Source: Psammoneis japonica (lineage: Eukaryota). Taken from it: a stretch of 56,394 nucleotides of DNA. Position 1 is the stretch's first letter; every line of letters begins with the position of its first letter. The notes beneath the pieces were generated by a model. That model was given only the letters and a program-made list of their open reading frames with translations, searched no databases and was not told where the DNA came from. Positions 52,671 to 56,394 of the stretch are shown here, one piece after another. The translations under genes and the position numbers were made by a program. The stretch spans positions 1-56,394 of the forward strand of contig QPGO01000321.1 in the NCBI GenBank assembly GCA_008632985.1, given 5' to 3'.

Positions 52671-55600
52671 TTATCGCAGACGGTCTTGGAGACTCTCTCC
52701 GAGCAGCTCCTCTCCTATGCTAACACACTCCTGTGCAATCCTGGCGATCTCTTCGTCACTGTCCTCCAGCAACTCCGCAAGGGTAGGCAAGCATTCGGGA
52801 AGGAGCACCATGTACTCTTCGCCCAAAGTTTTCATAAGCGACAACAGGCAGCTCACACCTGCCATTCTTACTTCAGACCTTCCGTTGTCACATGCTTCTA
52901 GAACTCGATGATTCAACGGCTTCCAGAGCTGCTCGTTACCTGCCGCTGCAGCCAAGGCTGTCAAACACGCAATCACGCTTCCGCCATCGTCCTGTCCAGT
53001 GCCCAAAACAACTCGTTGAAACGGATTGTATGTCTCGCTAGGAGACTCTCGGTTTGCCCTCTCGATTAGCAAATTAGAGGGGATTCTGCATTGTAACAGC
53101 ATTCCAAGTGGAGCGAGCAGTGCATTGAACCTATCCCCGTCGTCTGCTCGTGACCAATTACCACCCTCATGTGCATCTGACTTGAGCGCAGACTCTAAAC
53201 AGAGTAAGAGAGGTCGCAGATGCAGGAAGGAGTTAATGGCAGAGGTTTCTGCGTCATCTTCCACGGTCATTGCAAGGCGACGCCTTTTGTGCCCCCCTGA
53301 AGACTTTTCTGAAGTCTTGCTGCATAAAGAGGAGGCAGCAGAATTCTGACAAACAGGAGATCAAAGGGCGAATATTAAGAAAAAAACAAACAGGCAGCAA
53401 CTTGGAATTGAATAACACTTACAAGCTCCTCGACTGCATCGGTAACTACGGTCGTCATACAAGGAAGAAAAATCGACCTGAGCTCCTTGGCGAGGACTAG
53501 GCTCCAAAATGCGAGTCTTCTTGATGCAACGTGCTTGTCACTATTTTCGGGTCAATAGAGCCTCTCCATTCACGGAGTTCCGAGTATAGAGGGCGCAATA
53601 GCGCCTCTGAAATCTTAAAAACAAGCGCGAGAAGCAACTTGTGACCAGCATCAAATATCCGATCACCATCGACATCAATTCCACCCCGCTCGTACACAAT
53701 TTTCAGCGCCTTCAGAACCCCCCGTGTCAACGAGGGAATTTCGCCTTTCTTCGCAGACTTGACAGAAGCTTCGACAATTGCTAGCAGCGACTGCAACTCT
53801 ACACAGCCCCAATCATCCCTTCCTAAAGCCCCGCAGGCAACTGGAACCAGCTGGCGAGAGGGTGTACGAGACGCAAGGGTGCCTTGAATGAGCTCCACCG
53901 TTGATTTAACGGGCGTATCCTGATCACCTTCGGCAATTCGAAGCGCTCTTGACGGCAGCCCTAGAGGTGATAGCAGCTTACCCAGGTATGGGAGAAGAAA
54001 CTGAGGAAGAGCTTCCAGCAACTCTCCCACTGCGCGAAGGCTTGACACTTGCATCATTTTCATTGTAATTCTCTCTTCCTTTCTTCCGACAGCGGAAGTT
54101 GAGATAAGATAAGTGTTTGCGGAGATCAATGATGTTATCAGCGGTTCAACAATTTTCGGAAGAAGAGGAAGGCATCTCACTTGTAGTACACGCACAAGCG
54201 TCGACGAGCACAATGCAGCAGTACACTGCAGCTGGACGGCTTCGTCGTCGGCCACAGATAAACCATCTTCTGACATCTCGACAAATCGCTTGCTGTCGAG
54301 AATCTCGGAAACCTTTTCCAGAGCGGAGAGAAACTCTTTGAGTGCGTTGTAACGGGCTTTTCGGGAGCCGAATGAATGTATATGGATCGTGCAAAGTGCT
54401 CAATTGCAATAAGAGCTGACTGGCGCAACAGAGTCGCTGATTCTCTTGTGTTATCAGTTGACGGCGCAAGTAAGCTAACAAACGTCGGCAGCATGTCAAG
54501 AAAAATTGTAGCTTCAGCTGAATGAGGTTCAGCTTCGGCGGCCTTTTCTGCCACGAGCCTCACCGCCCTGGCGCGAAGCTCCTCGCTAACGGTTTCTTCC
54601 CGAATGAGTGACGACGCCGACGCAAGAAATGTGTGAGCCGGTAACAGATTCTGCAGACTTTCGAGAGCTTCGGTAACAAGCTCTTTAATTGACTCCCAAA
54701 ATCGGTTTTCAATGGAAGAGGATTCGTCAGATGAGGGCAATGGCTGCAGGTCGAACACGGTAGCCTGTATACACAACAAATCTTGCCAAAACTTCAAGCA
54801 TAGCGCAGACCCTAGACCCTCACTGTTTTTGAGAAGCCTTGAAACCGATCCCGACGACAGAGTATCCATTATTAGAGCTACGATGCCTGTACTCAGCCTC
54901 ATAACGTGGCATCGCTCTTTGAAGCTGTAATCTTTGCCTCGACTTTCGACATCTCCATTCCGCTCCAACCCATGTAATGCTAGCTTCTCTATTTCATCAA
55001 AAGGGACTACCATTGGATCTGCTGTCGCATCGTTCGAGTCCATTTCTTGATCAGATTCTGCTGTTGGAGGTGCCAGCTTACCAACAAACTGATTCAAGTA
55101 TCGAAGAAGTTGAAGTATACCATCTATTTGAACATCTGCCGGTGCAAACGCAATCAGATTAGAGGCAAAAGTTACCACGCTTTCGTTAACCCCGCTTTCT
55201 TCGAAAGAATCGACGCGACTTGATTCTTCCATATCGTTTTGGCTTTTGTACAGCTCGCTCGCAAGGAAAGCAGCTACAATGGACCCTACGGAAGCTCCAC
55301 CTCCGTCTGATTTCTTTGCGGAAACAACGGCATCAATAAGATTTTCATACATGAGCAGCTTGTCCCCGTTCTCGGTGAATTTCTGGCATTCAGAAATGAA
55401 ATCAACGACAAGGTGAAAGAGGGGACCATGGCTGCAGAATACCGGTATTACACCCATGAAGGCGTCGCGGGCTCCCCGAGAGGCTCGTACATTTTCACCA
55501 TCGCTATAGGATGCTGAAATCATCGTTGCCATCAGCGCTGGAACAAGCGCGTTCACTACAGCCGTTGGGTTCATGGAGCAAAGGTTCGTAAGCAACGAAA

Positions 55601-56394
55601 TGGCACTTGACTTTGCTTTGATAGAAACAAATGGTCGGACGCGCGAGCCATCTGTGCCGCTGTTATCAACGGAACCACCAACCAGCCCAACAATTAGTTT
55701 AACGTGCCCAGTCAATTCTGCTGAACGACTGTAGCTCCCATGGAGTCTTTTGAAGATTGAGATAATGCAAATAGACTTTGAAGAATCGCGTAACGTGTAT
55801 ACTCTGATTCATCGATGTCAACATTGCGTTCGCTTGTTGCGGACGAAAGGGAAGAGAGAATTTCAAAAAAGGCAGATACCAACTGCGATAGATCGCTGTC
55901 TTGAATCAAAGCCATCGCGTTTGTTCGTACCCAATCGCTTAGAAACGTAACCATTAAAAGATATTCATCCCCTGGATCTGCATCTTTGAGGACAAGATAT
56001 ATCAGAAGCACGTAAAGGAAGTTCTTGAAGTGCCATTTCCGCAACAGCGTCTTCGGTGAAAACAGAGAGTAGATTCAACAAACAAGAACCAAGTTCTCGG
56101 CGTTTCTATCAGGAAGTTCTTTGAACACTCCCTCTCCCATGACCTAGTGAAAACATTATTTAGCACTCCCAGAATGAGCTCTCGAGCAAGCGGATTCTTT
56201 TGATGCGTTTCGTGTAAGTGGGGCGATATGCAAGCAATTAAAGCTTTGAACATATCATCAGGATATGGCTTAACATAAGAGACACCTTCCATTTTCCCCA
56301 CAGAGTACGATCTGACCCGTCCACCTTTTCTATCAGTCCAGTCGATATCACTACACTGGATTGAGGGAGAGATCGTGCATCAGTAACCATAACG
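52671..56394 (-). CDS. UTP10: HEAT-repeat U3 snoRNP protein UTP10/HEATR1, 5'-partial, with intron(s) and frameshifts
   Basis: C-terminal WKPLNHRVL..EVRMAG..LGEEYMVLLPECLPTLAELLEDSDEEI..LGESLQ and BP28CT-like LVFKISEALLRPLY..LREW. Confidence 0.88.

Overview
Eukaryotic genomic DNA, most likely a diatom, judging from compact genes with 70-130 nt GT-AG introns, a signal peptide plus 'AAAF' plastid-type presequence and a diatom-type VGIRCxHC domain. The window is a mosaic of two compartments. (1) Ordinary gene islands: KICS2/C12orf66-like, YbjN-domain, FMO, LacZ-type GH2 beta-galactosidase, an acidic repeat protein, RING/PDZ-like, RluA pseudouridine synthase, BUD31, EF-hand, lipoate-ligase-like, TSTD2/TrhO-like rhodanese and UTP10/HEATR1. 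Several carry 1-bp frameshifts that are probably assembly errors. (2) Five blocks (~8.3-19.8, 26.85-29.85, 31.8-36.6, 39.0-44.3, 46.0-47.7 kb) of decayed transposons (Plavaka-like, hAT, LINE, a Tc1/mariner-type MITE) and dead gene copies, in which TpA is almost erased, CpG is depleted and TpG/CpA dominate. A 1.24-kb tandem duplication of BUD31 shows the process directly: by hand count the dead copy lost 28 of 38 TpA sites (TA->TG or TA->CA, i.e. A->G on either strand) but only 7 of 39 CpG sites. This suggests a RIP-like but adenine/TpA-directed hypermutation system acting on repeat domains. All counts and family calls were made by eye without tools and need computational confirmation.
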